This document shows positions 8,079-16,601 of a stretch of DNA of 24,000 bases, one piece after another. Made by a program: the position numbers and the translations under genes. The stretch lies in assembly GCA_036555515.1 (NCBI GenBank), contig DATBLC010000195.1, forward strand, positions 1 to 24,000, given 5' to 3'. How positions within the stretch are numbered: the stretch's first letter is position 1; each line of letters opens with the position of its first letter. The notes under the pieces were generated by a model. It searched no databases. It saw only the letters and a program-made list of their open reading frames with translations, and was not told the DNA's origin. Origin of the DNA: Candidatus Binatia bacterium. GTDB taxonomy: Bacteria; Desulfobacterota; Binatia; UBA9968.

Positions 8079-9287
8079 ATGGAGGGTCAGTCGCGAACGG
8101 ATGTCGACGGTGGCGCGAAAACCAACCGAAACAATATTGACCATGAACAGGCGGTTCTCGAGCGCTATGGCAACGCCGCCCAGCAGGTTGAGGCTTGTTT
8201 GTGTTTGCCCGTGAGCTACGACAAAGCGCTGCTGAAAGTCATCCCCGATGAAATAATTCAGAAAGATTACGGCTGCGGCGATCCGTCGTGCCATATCCGT
8301 GAGGGCGAGATAGTTCTCGACCTAGGTTCGGGCAGCGGCAAGGCCTGTTACATCATTTCCCAGATCGTCGGCGCCAAAGGCAAGGTGATCGGCGTCGACT
8401 TTAATCCGCCGATGCTGGAACTGGCGCGCAAATACCAGAAATCCATTGGCATGGCTCTCGGCTTTCACAACATCGATTTTCGCCGCGGCAAGATTCAAGA
8501 CCTCAGAACCGACCTGGAACTGGTCGATCAATATCTAAGCGAGAATCCCGTGCGCTCGGTGGCCGATCTAGCGCAGTTGGAAGAGTATCGAAACAGGATT
8601 TGCCAGGAGCGACCACTGATTGCCGACGAATCGGTCGACGTGATCGTTTCCAATTGTGTGCTCAATCTCGTGCGTCCCGAGAACAGGAAACAACTTTTCT
8701 TCGAAATGTACCGTGTGCTCAAACGGGGCGGGCGCGTGGCGATCTCGGATATCGTCAGTGACGAGCCGGTGCCGGAACATCTCGCAGAAAACTCCGATCT
8801 TTGGAGCGCCTGCGTGTCCGGCGCTTTTCAAGAAGAGGAGTTGCTGCGCGCTTTTGAGGAGGCGAAGTTTCACGGGATTCAGCTCGAAGATTTTCAGACG
8901 GTGCCCTATCAAACCGTCGATGGCATCGAGTTTCGCGCCGTCACGGTGACGGCTTACAAGGGTAAGGAAGGCCCCTGTATAGAGCGCAATCAGGCGGTGA
9001 TTTACCGCGGGCCGTGGAAGCAAGTGGTGGATGACGATGGTCACACGCTCGAGCGCGGTGCGCGTACGGCGGTCTGCGATAAGACTTTCAAGCTCTATTC
9101 ACATGCGCCTTATGCGGGCCAATTTATTGCCGTTCCGCCGCGCGAAGAGGTCGCGCTGGAAAAAGCCGGCGTCTTCGACTGCTCGCGCGATCATAAGCGG
9201 CATCCGCGCGAGACTAAAGGTATGGAATACAACGTTACCAGGATTGCGGCTGGTGTGTGCGGGCCGAATTCCAATTGTTGTCCGTAG
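8079..9287 (+). CDS. arsM: ArsM-like SAM-dependent methyltransferase (arsenosugar-cluster type)
   Basis: Start reassigned to ATG 8079 after AAAGGAGGG (track ORF from 7860 runs through the palindromic repeat). VLDLGSGSGKACYIISQIVG SAM motif. Cys positions match ArsM pattern: YGCG, SNCVLNL, SACVSGA. C-terminal extension ends GVCGPNSNCCP. Confidence 0.85.
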   Translation: MEGQSRTDVDGGAKTNRNNIDHEQAVLERYGNAAQQVEACLCLPVSYDKALLKVIPDEIIQKDYGCGDPSCHIREGEIVLDLGSGSGKACYIISQIVGAKGKVIGVDFNPPMLELARKYQKSIGMALGFHNIDFRRGKIQDLRTDLELVDQYLSENPVRSVADLAQLEEYRNRICQERPLIADESVDVIVSNCVLNLVRPENRKQLFFEMYRVLKRGGRVAISDIVSDEPVPEHLAENSDLWSACVSGAFQEEELLRAFEEAKFHGIQLEDFQTVPYQTVDGIEFRAVTVTAYKGKEGPCIERNQAVIYRGPWKQVVDDDGHTLERGARTAVCDKTFKLYSHAPYAGQFIAVPPREEVALEKAGVFDCSRDHKRHPRETKGMEYNVTRIAAGVCGPNSNCCP

Positions 9288-9566
9288 AAGCGATTATTAA
9301 GGAGTCCACAATTGAGTAACCAAACAGCGACCGAGGGGTGAGACCTGGAAAGCGCGGGCACAGGAGCGCAAAGGTTGTTTTCAGGCCCTGCCGGCGGGCA
9401 TTTTCCACCTATGGAGAGGACGGGGTGGTGGCCGGCCAAGGCAAAGAACCATTGACCGCGATCGGAAGGGCTCGCCTCTCGGTCGCACACTAGCGACATA
9501 GTCTCTAAATAACGACTCATTAGTAACAAGACGATCATGGACACCAAGCACGGTAAATATGACCTT

Positions 9567-9587
9567 CCTCTCCCTTGATGGGTGAGG
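9567..9587. repeat. Small imperfect hairpin in the arsS leader
   Basis: CCTCTCCC-TTGAT-GGGTGAGG (one mismatch), followed by GAGGTGAGGG, immediately before arsS. Confidence 0.45.
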
Positions 9588-9609
9588 ATCGAGGTGAGGG
9601 TGATCTTCG

Positions 9610-10572
9610 ATGCAACCCTTCGCACAGAGACTTCATCTAAACGGCAACGGCCTTTGGCGCCGCGCCATTGACGTGCTGCAGGTCAATCTGGGCCGGTATT
9701 GCAACCTGGCGTGCATTCACTGCCATGTCGAATCCGGCCCGACGCGCAAAGAAATGATGAGCCGGGAGAACATCAAAGCGGTGCTGCGCTTTCTGGCGCG
9801 CACGGAAATTCCAACTCTCGATATCACCGGTGGGGCGCCGGAGTTGCATCCCGACTTCGACTACCTGGTTGAGTCGGCGCGGGAGTTTGGCCGCCATGTG
9901 ATGGACCGCTGTAATTTGACGGTGATCTTCGAGCCGGGAAAAGATTATCTGCCTGAGTTTTTTAAGCGCCAAAAGGTCGAACTGGTGTGTTCGTTGCCCT
10001 GCTATTCCGAAGAAAACGTCGATAGACAGCGGGGCAAAGGAACCTTTGATTTGAGCATCCGCGCGCTGCATATTTTCAATCAAATCGGCTACGGCCAGCC
10101 CGACTCGGATCTAGTGTTGAATCTGGTTTACAATCCCGTCGGGCCACATCTGCCGCCGCCGCAAGAAAAGCTCGAACAGGAGTACAAACGGATTCTCAGC
10201 GAGCAATTCGGCATCGTCTTTAATCGCCTCTACTGTTTGAGCAACATGCCGATCACGCGCTATGAAACCCATCTCAGGCTGCGCGGCGAATATGATCGGT
10301 ACATGGAACTACTCGCCGACAACTTTAATGCCGCCACCTTGGGTCAAGTAATGTGCCGCAATCTGATCAGCGTCGGTTGGGACGGTTTGATCTACGACTG
10401 CGACTTCAATCAGATGCTCGGGTTTTCCCTCCAGGATGCCCGCGGTGAGGCGCTTAATATCGCATCGCTGAACTCTTTGGATCAGCTTCTTGCCCGGTCC
10501 GTTACCGTCGGCGATCACTGCTACGCCTGCACGGCTGGTTCCGGCAGCAGTTGCGGCGGCGCGCTGGTCTAG
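9610..10572 (+). CDS. arsS: Arsenosugar biosynthesis radical SAM/Cys-rich protein ArsS-like (TIGR04167 type, Cys-only form)
   Basis: GRYCNLACIHCHVESGPTRKEMM (CxxxCxxC radical SAM motif), LDITGGAPELHPDFDYLV, VYNPVGPHLPPPQEKLEQEYKRIL, and C-terminal HCYACTAGSGSSCGGALV. Confidence 0.9.
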   Translation: MQPFAQRLHLNGNGLWRRAIDVLQVNLGRYCNLACIHCHVESGPTRKEMMSRENIKAVLRFLARTEIPTLDITGGAPELHPDFDYLVESAREFGRHVMDRCNLTVIFEPGKDYLPEFFKRQKVELVCSLPCYSEENVDRQRGKGTFDLSIRALHIFNQIGYGQPDSDLVLNLVYNPVGPHLPPPQEKLEQEYKRILSEQFGIVFNRLYCLSNMPITRYETHLRLRGEYDRYMELLADNFNAATLGQVMCRNLISVGWDGLIYDCDFNQMLGFSLQDARGEALNIASLNSLDQLLARSVTVGDHCYACTAGSGSSCGGALV

Positions 10573-10588
10573 AATTACGAACCACCCC

Positions 10589-11719
10589 ATGAGTTTCTGG
10601 CCTGTCATTATTGCCGGTGCGACGCTTTTTGTCGCTTACGCCAACGGCGCTAATGATAACTTCAAAGGCGTCGCAACATTGTTCGGCAGCGGCACGACGG
10701 ATTACCGTAAAGCGCTCTGGTGGGCGACGGCGACGACCCTCGCCGGCTCGGTTGCGGCATTTTTCTGGGCGACCCAACTGGTCTCGATGTTTCAAGGCAA
10801 CGGCCTTCTGCCGGCGTTTCTGATTCAATCGCAACCGTTTATTGCCGCGGTGATCCTGGGTGCGGCGTTGACTGTGATCTCAGCAACCAAGATCGGCATC
10901 CCCATTTCGACCACTCATAGCTTGACGGGTGCGCTGTGCGGCGGCGGATTGGTTGCTGTGGGTTTTGAGATCGGTTTTCAAACGCTGATCGACTTTTTTT
11001 TTCTACCACTTCTAGTAAGTCCGCTCGTCGCGGTAAGCTTGGCGGCTGTGGGTTACCCATTATTAGATCGCGCGCTACGCTTTTCCAGTCTGACTAAAGA
11101 AAATTGCCTGTGCGTCGCGAGCGAAGCTGTTCTGACGGCAGCAACTCCCGGCGGAATTACAATCAGGGAGTCGACTCCGGGCCTGCGCGTGATCGTGGAG
11201 CGGCAGTCGGTCTGCGCGCAGCCGTTTTCCGGCGCTTTGTTCGGTATCAACGCTCAAAACCTGTTCGACATCGGCCACTTTCTCAGCGCGGGCGCCGTGA
11301 GCTTTGCCCGCGGACTTAACGACGCGCCGAAAATCGTCGCTATGGGTTTGGCCGTCGGCGCGCTGGATCTGCAGTGGTCCATCGGCTCTGTCGCAGTCGT
11401 AATGGCTCTTGGTGGATTGCTCAATGCGAGGAAAGTGGCGGAGACAGTGAGCAAGCGCATTACACCCATGGAGCCCGATCACGGATTCGTGGCAAATATC
11501 GTGACGAGCTTCCTGGTTATTTTTGCTTCGAGGTGGGGACTGCCCGTATCAACCACCCATGTATCTTGCGGGTCGCTTTTCGGCATCGGAATAGCGAATG
11601 GCCAGGCGAACTGGGGTGTCATCCGCACGATTCTGTTTGCCTGGATTTTGACCCTGCCCTTGGCTGCGGCCAGCGCGGGCCTGATTTACTCGATATTAAA
11701 CCGGGTTACCGCCGGTTAA
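10589..11719 (+). CDS. PiT-family inorganic phosphate (or phosphate-like anion) transporter
   Basis: Start at ATG 10589 (MSFWPVIIAGATLFVAYANGANDNFKGVATLFGS). Duplicated signature ARGLNDAPKIVAM, and GIPISTTHSLTGAL / GLPVSTTHVSCGSL. Confidence 0.9.
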   Translation: MSFWPVIIAGATLFVAYANGANDNFKGVATLFGSGTTDYRKALWWATATTLAGSVAAFFWATQLVSMFQGNGLLPAFLIQSQPFIAAVILGAALTVISATKIGIPISTTHSLTGALCGGGLVAVGFEIGFQTLIDFFFLPLLVSPLVAVSLAAVGYPLLDRALRFSSLTKENCLCVASEAVLTAATPGGITIRESTPGLRVIVERQSVCAQPFSGALFGINAQNLFDIGHFLSAGAVSFARGLNDAPKIVAMGLAVGALDLQWSIGSVAVVMALGGLLNARKVAETVSKRITPMEPDHGFVANIVTSFLVIFASRWGLPVSTTHVSCGSLFGIGIANGQANWGVIRTILFAWILTLPLAAASAGLIYSILNRVTAG

Positions 11720-11729
11720 CCAAAGCACG

Positions 11730-13979
11730 ATGAAAACCGGCAAGATCTTGGTCCTTGCGGCATTGGCCATTGCGCTTGCGCTAGGGTTTCTCTTTTTGCC
11801 AATTCGCGAATGGTTCATGCGGTTTGAAAGCTATGTGCGGTCTTTGGGAGCCATCGGTCCGGTGGTCGTTGTACTGGCATACATTCTTTGTACCGTGCTG
11901 TTTATTCCTGGCAGCGCGATTACAATCGGCTCGGGAACGTTATTCGGATTGACGACCGGATTTATTGTCGTGGTACTAGGCGCCAACCTCGGCGCGCTCT
12001 GTGCTTTTGGTCTCGCGCGCAGCTTTCTCCGTGACAAGGTCGCGACCTGGGCAGCGGCCAATCCGAAGTTCCGCTCGCTCGATCAGGCGATCGGCCGTGA
12101 GGGCTTCAAGATGGTTCTGTTGACGCGGTTAAGCCCGGTCTTTCCGTTCGTGTTGCTGAATTATCTACTAGGTCTCACCGCGGTGCGCGTGGGCTCTTAT
12201 GTCTCGGCCAATTTGTTGGGCATGTTGCCGGCAACATTTTTGTTCGTCTACATCGGCGCGGCGGCGCGCGACGCCATTGCCGGCCAAACGGACGTCTCGG
12301 CGGGATTTTATCAACAAATCTTGAAATTCGTCGGGCTGGCGGCGACCGTCGCCGTCGTTGTGGTGGTGACGCGCATCGCGCGCAAAGCCTTGCGGGAGGC
12401 GGAGATTGAGCGCGAAGGGAGCACCGTGAAGCCGCGCCTCGATCCGAATCATAAGCCGGCGTCGTTTGACGAAATGATGCTCGTGGAGGACGACTACGAC
12501 AGGCAGTTGATCGAAAACTGCCACCCGCCGCATTGGGTCAATCCGACGCCGAATGGCAAATATAATCTCGTCGTCGTGGGCGCCGGGACCGCGGGGTTGG
12601 TGAGCGCTGCGGGCGCCGCCGGCCTGGGCGCCAAGGTCGCCTTGATAGAGCGCAATCTCATGGGCGGCGACTGCCTGAACGTGGGTTGCGTGCCGTCGAA
12701 AGGGATCATCCGCGCTGCGCGCGCAGCCCATGACGCGCGCAACGGAGCGGAATTCGGCGTGCGCCTTGAATGCCGGCCTGACGTGGCCTTCGCCAGCGCC
12801 ATGAGGCGCATGCGCCAAATTCGCGCGGGAATCAGCATTCACGATTCCGCGCAACGCTTCGCAAATTTGGGTATTGATGTATTCATCGGCCAGGGCTGCT
12901 TTGTCGGTCCCACGGCTGTGGCGGTTAACGGCAAGCGGCTCGAGTTCGACCGCGCCGTGATTGCCACCGGCGCGCGCGCCGCAGAGCTTTCAGTCCCGGG
13001 GTTGACAGGGGCGGGTTATCTGACCAATGAAAATGTCTTCACGCTTACCGAGCTTCCCCGCCGCCTCGCCGTGATTGGCGCCGGTCCCATCGGTTGCGAG
13101 CTTGCGCAGTGCTTTGCCCGTTTCGGGAGCGAAGTCTTTCTCATCGAGGCGCTGCACGGCGTCCTGCCCAACGAAGACCCCGACGCATCTGAAATCGTCC
13201 GCCGATCGTTGATGGACGGCGACGGCGTCAAACTCATGTGCTGCGGCAAGGACTTGAAGATCGGCAACGCAGACGGCGGCAAGCGATTGACCGTGGACTC
13301 GCATGACAATCACTACGACATCGTTGTCGATGAAATTCTCGTCGGCGGCGGGCGCCGGCCGAACCTGGAAGGTTTGGGATTGGACGAAGCCGGCGTTCAA
13401 TACAGCGCCCAGGGCGTGACCGTAGATGACCGTTTGCGCACGACGAACCCGCGAATTTTCGCCGCCGGCGATATCTGCTCGCGCTATAAATTTACCCATG
13501 CCGCCGATGCCATGGCGCGCATTGTAATCGCCAACGCGTTGTTCTTCGCTCGCCGCAAGGTGACCGATTTGGTCATCCCCTGGTGCACCTACACCGACCC
13601 GGAAGTCGCTCACGTGGGTTACTACGAAAAAGACGCCAAAGCAGCGGGTTTCGACGTGGCGACGATTACCGAGCACTTCGGCCACGTTGACCGCGCCGTC
13701 TTGGACGGCGAAGATGAGGGATATGCCCGAGTTCACTATGATAAGAAAACCGGCAAAATCCTGGGCGGTACCATCGTCGCGCGCCACGCGGGTGAGATGC
13801 TCGGTGAATTGACCTTGGCAATGGTGGCGAAACAGAGCGTTGGCGTTTTGTCGTCGACCATCCATTCTTACCCGACGCAGGCGGAGGTGATGCGTAAAAT
13901 CGGCGATACCTACATGCGCACCAAGCTCACGCCGGCGGTAAAAAAGCTTTTTGAAAAGTGGTTAGCGTGGCGGCGGTGA
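11730..13979 (+). CDS. TVP38/TMEM64 (SNARE-associated/DedA-like) membrane domain fused to mercuric-reductase-like pyridine nucleotide-disulfide oxidoreductase
   Basis: N-terminus GSAITIGSGTLFGLTTGFIVVVLGANLGALCAFGLARSFLRD. C-terminal part NLVVVGAGTAGLVSAAGAAGLGAKVALIERNLMGGDCLNVGCVPSKGIIRAA, GPIGCELAQCFARFGSEV, IFAAGDICS, HSYPTQAE. Single uninterrupted 749 aa ORF. Confidence 0.92.
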   Translation: MKTGKILVLAALAIALALGFLFLPIREWFMRFESYVRSLGAIGPVVVVLAYILCTVLFIPGSAITIGSGTLFGLTTGFIVVVLGANLGALCAFGLARSFLRDKVATWAAANPKFRSLDQAIGREGFKMVLLTRLSPVFPFVLLNYLLGLTAVRVGSYVSANLLGMLPATFLFVYIGAAARDAIAGQTDVSAGFYQQILKFVGLAATVAVVVVVTRIARKALREAEIEREGSTVKPRLDPNHKPASFDEMMLVEDDYDRQLIENCHPPHWVNPTPNGKYNLVVVGAGTAGLVSAAGAAGLGAKVALIERNLMGGDCLNVGCVPSKGIIRAARAAHDARNGAEFGVRLECRPDVAFASAMRRMRQIRAGISIHDSAQRFANLGIDVFIGQGCFVGPTAVAVNGKRLEFDRAVIATGARAAELSVPGLTGAGYLTNENVFTLTELPRRLAVIGAGPIGCELAQCFARFGSEVFLIEALHGVLPNEDPDASEIVRRSLMDGDGVKLMCCGKDLKIGNADGGKRLTVDSHDNHYDIVVDEILVGGGRRPNLEGLGLDEAGVQYSAQGVTVDDRLRTTNPRIFAAGDICSRYKFTHAADAMARIVIANALFFARRKVTDLVIPWCTYTDPEVAHVGYYEKDAKAAGFDVATITEHFGHVDRAVLDGEDEGYARVHYDKKTGKILGGTIVARHAGEMLGELTLAMVAKQSVGVLSSTIHSYPTQAEVMRKIGDTYMRTKLTPAVKKLFEKWLAWRR

Positions 13980-14023
13980 CCAAGTATCGTACGGAAGACA
14001 CTCCATTCGAACCTTCGGATGGC

Positions 14024-14075
14024 GAGTTTTGAGTTAAGAGTTGAACTCGAAACCTGAAACCCGAAACCTGGAACT
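14024..14075. repeat. Short-period degenerate intergenic repeat
   Basis: GAGTTTTGAGTTAAGAGTTGAACTC followed by GAAACCT/GAAACCC/GAAACCT units (period 7). Confidence 0.5.
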
Positions 14076-14907
14076 CCTGTGGCGTAACGCATTGAGCGTG
14101 GTTGCCGCACTTCTTTTGGCGGCCACCCCGTTATTCGCCGCCCCCAAGGCTGACCTCTGGCCGCGTTGGCAAAAGCACGACGCGTCGAGCAAGCAATCAA
14201 TCGATCACGGAGCTTGGGAGGCATTTCTCCGAAAGTATCTCGTCGCGCCTCATCCATCGGGGATCACCCGCGTCCGTTACGCGGCGGTCAGCCCGGAAGA
14301 TGGCGTTCGGTTGAAGAATTATCTCAAAACGCTGCAAGGGGCGCCGATATCCAACTACAATCGGGACGAACAGAAGGCTTACTGGATAAATCTCTACAAC
14401 GCGCTCACGGTGGACGTGATTCTTTTGCGCTTTCCGGTGGATTCGATTCGCGACATCAATATCTCGCCAGGTTTTTTCACCCGTGGGCCCTGGGGTGTGA
14501 AGCTTTTGACGATCGAAGGCGAGAAACTCTCGCTGGACGACATCGAGCACCGCATTCTGCGCCCGATTTGGCAAGACAACCGCGTTCACTACGCCGTCAA
14601 CTGCGCCAGCCTGGGCTGTCCGAACCTGCAATCGGTTCCTTACACCGACGAGAACACCGAATCACTGCTGGAAAAAGGCGCGCGGGAGTTCATTAATCAC
14701 CCGCGCGGCGTCGCCGTCACGAATGGCAAGCTCAAGGTGTCGAGCATCTATGTTTGGTTCCAAGAAGACTTCGGCGCCGGCACCGCCGGGCTCATCGAAC
14801 ATTGGCGAAAGTACGCGACTGCTACCCTCGCCGACAAGTTGAGGAATTATCGGGGCGGCCTCGATCATGAATACGATTGGCGGCTGAACGGCGCGGAGTC
14901 GAAATAA
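14041..14907 (+). CDS. DUF547 domain-containing protein, probably exported
   Basis: 288 aa. YWINLYNALTVDVIL, VHYAVNCASLGCPNL, GARHFINHPRG-like region (GAREFINHPRGVAV). Hydrophobic N-terminus VVAALLLAATPLFAA. True start uncertain (TTG 14041, TTG 14092 or GTG 14098). Confidence 0.85.
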   Translation: MNSKPETRNLELLWRNALSVVAALLLAATPLFAAPKADLWPRWQKHDASSKQSIDHGAWEAFLRKYLVAPHPSGITRVRYAAVSPEDGVRLKNYLKTLQGAPISNYNRDEQKAYWINLYNALTVDVILLRFPVDSIRDINISPGFFTRGPWGVKLLTIEGEKLSLDDIEHRILRPIWQDNRVHYAVNCASLGCPNLQSVPYTDENTESLLEKGAREFINHPRGVAVTNGKLKVSSIYVWFQEDFGAGTAGLIEHWRKYATATLADKLRNYRGGLDHEYDWRLNGAESK

Positions 14908-14916
14908 GGATCGCTC

Positions 14917-15594
14917 ATGCGGGTCTCCGTGGTCGTACCTGTCCTTAACGAAGAAAGGACCATCGCGCGGACGCTGGCAGCGCTTTTGCCCATGAAGCCC
15001 GATGAATTGTTCGTCGTGGATGGTGGCAGCAGCGATGGCACGTGGGAGACTTGCCGGAGTCTCGGCGTCGAAATCCTAACCGCCCCGCGCGGCCGGGCGG
15101 CGCAGATGAATTACGGCGCAGGACAGGCCACCGGCGATGTGTTGCTGTTCCTGCACGCCGACACTCGGCTGCCGCCGACCGCTTTTAGCGACATGCGGGA
15201 CGCGCTCGGCGATCCGCGCTGCGTGGGGGGGCGATTCGACGTTCAGCTGGACAGCGATCATTGGATGCTGCGAGTGATCGGCGCGATGATCAGCCTGCGC
15301 TCGCGGTTGAGCAAGGTCGGCACCGGCGACCAGGGAATTTTCGTCCGCCGCGAAGTGTTTCAAAGGATGGGCGGCTTCCCGGAGATTCCGCTCATGGAAG
15401 ACATCGCCTTCTGCCGCGCGCTCAAGCGCCTGGGCGCAGTGGCCTGTTTGAAAAGCAAAGTTATCACTTCGGCCCGGCGCTGGGAGTTGAACGGCGTATG
15501 GCGTTCGATCTTTAGAATGTGGACGCTCAAGTCGCTTTATTTACTCGGTGTGTCGCCACACCGGCTCAAACGGTTCTACGACGATGCGCGCTAA
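14917..15594 (+). CDS. Family 2-like glycosyltransferase, rSAM/selenodomain-associated transferase 2 type (TIGR04283)
   Basis: VSVVVPVLNEERTIARTL, ELFVVDGGSSDGTWE, RGRAAQMNYGAGQATGDVLLFLHADTRLP. Confidence 0.88.
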   Translation: MRVSVVVPVLNEERTIARTLAALLPMKPDELFVVDGGSSDGTWETCRSLGVEILTAPRGRAAQMNYGAGQATGDVLLFLHADTRLPPTAFSDMRDALGDPRCVGGRFDVQLDSDHWMLRVIGAMISLRSRLSKVGTGDQGIFVRREVFQRMGGFPEIPLMEDIAFCRALKRLGAVACLKSKVITSARRWELNGVWRSIFRMWTLKSLYLLGVSPHRLKRFYDDAR

Positions 15595-16279
15595 CGCCCT
15601 GGCCGTCATGGCCAAAGCGCCGCTAGCCGGGCAAGTTAAGACCCGGTTAATGCCGGCCCTGAGCGCGGCGGAAGCCGCGGCTCTGGCGCGGGCTCTGCTG
15701 CTCGATCAACTGCGCCATCTCGCGGCGATAGCCGATGCAGATCTCTATCTCGCCTTCGCGCCGGCCACGGAGCGGGGATTATTTCAAGACATGGCTCCGC
15801 CCGGCTTTCGTTTGTTTCCGCAACAGGGCGCCGATCTCGGCGCACGGATGGCAAATGTCTTCGATACGCTACACGGCGTGGGCTACCGTAATATGGTTCT
15901 CATCGGCGGGGACCTTGCGCCGGTTCCTTTGGAGATTTTCGCCGAGGCGTTCGCTTTACTCGAAAATCGCCTTCAGCGCGTCGTCTTTGGACCAAGCCGC
16001 GATGGCGGCTATTATCTTGTCGGCTGCAATCATCCGCCGCCGCGCATTTTTGAGGGCATGAGCTGGAGCCATGGCGAAGTTTTAGCGCAGGCGCTGGCCG
16101 TGCTCGTCTCTCTGCAAATCGACGCGCACCTCCTGCCCATCTGGTTTGACATCGATACCGTGGATGATCTGCGCCATCTGCAATCCCTCTTGAACCCCGC
16201 GCTCGAAAAGACGCTGCCGAATACTTTGCCGCTGCTCCGGCGTTTGAATCCGGACAACAAAGCCGGTGGCGACCAATAA
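15584..16279 (+). CDS. DUF2064/cofC-like transferase, rSAM/selenodomain-associated transferase 1 type (TIGR04282)
   Basis: MRANALAVMAKAPLAGQVKTRLMPALSAAEAAALARALLLD, NMVLIGGDLAPVP, GPSRDGGYYLVG. Start ATG 15584 overlaps the upstream stop by 11 nt, so the track start at 15548 is probably too early. Confidence 0.88.
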   Translation: MRANALAVMAKAPLAGQVKTRLMPALSAAEAAALARALLLDQLRHLAAIADADLYLAFAPATERGLFQDMAPPGFRLFPQQGADLGARMANVFDTLHGVGYRNMVLIGGDLAPVPLEIFAEAFALLENRLQRVVFGPSRDGGYYLVGCNHPPPRIFEGMSWSHGEVLAQALAVLVSLQIDAHLLPIWFDIDTVDDLRHLQSLLNPALEKTLPNTLPLLRRLNPDNKAGGDQ

Positions 16280-16601
16280 AATCGCCGTCTGTTCCCGCAA
16301 AACATTAGAGCGATTCCGGCAACGCGAGGACCGAAAAAGGCGAAGTCCCGCACGCAAAAGAGTAGCCGTTCTCCCTGCCACAGACGTGCCGGCTTGACGA
16401 ACTAAACTAATAGACTGACTTTCCAGAACTCCACCGCTGCAATTGTGGAATTCATCCCGGATTCCGCAGTTAAACCGAGGAGCCCGGAAGCGAGGTGGAA
16501 CATTGGAGTAGCGAAGGCGTCCAACTGTAAAATTCAAAGTCATTTCGCGCTTTGGGCACTTCGTTGTTCGATCTTTAACGTTCCATCCAAGCACCGCTGA
16601 T

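Noticed and set aside
10501-10572. Selenocysteine (in-frame UGA) in the arsS-like gene
   Set aside because: The ORF has no internal TGA. The C-terminal motif uses Cys throughout and ends at TAG 10570-10572.
10490-10588. 33 aa N-terminal extension of the PiT transporter overlapping arsS
   Set aside because: The conserved first helix begins at MSFWPVII (ATG 10589), and the extension is arsS sequence read in another frame.
12168-13865. Long antisense ORFs (228 and 291 aa) opposite the flavoprotein
   Set aside because: They are opposite a highly conserved oxidoreductase and show no domain signature. They reflect codon bias on the coding strand.
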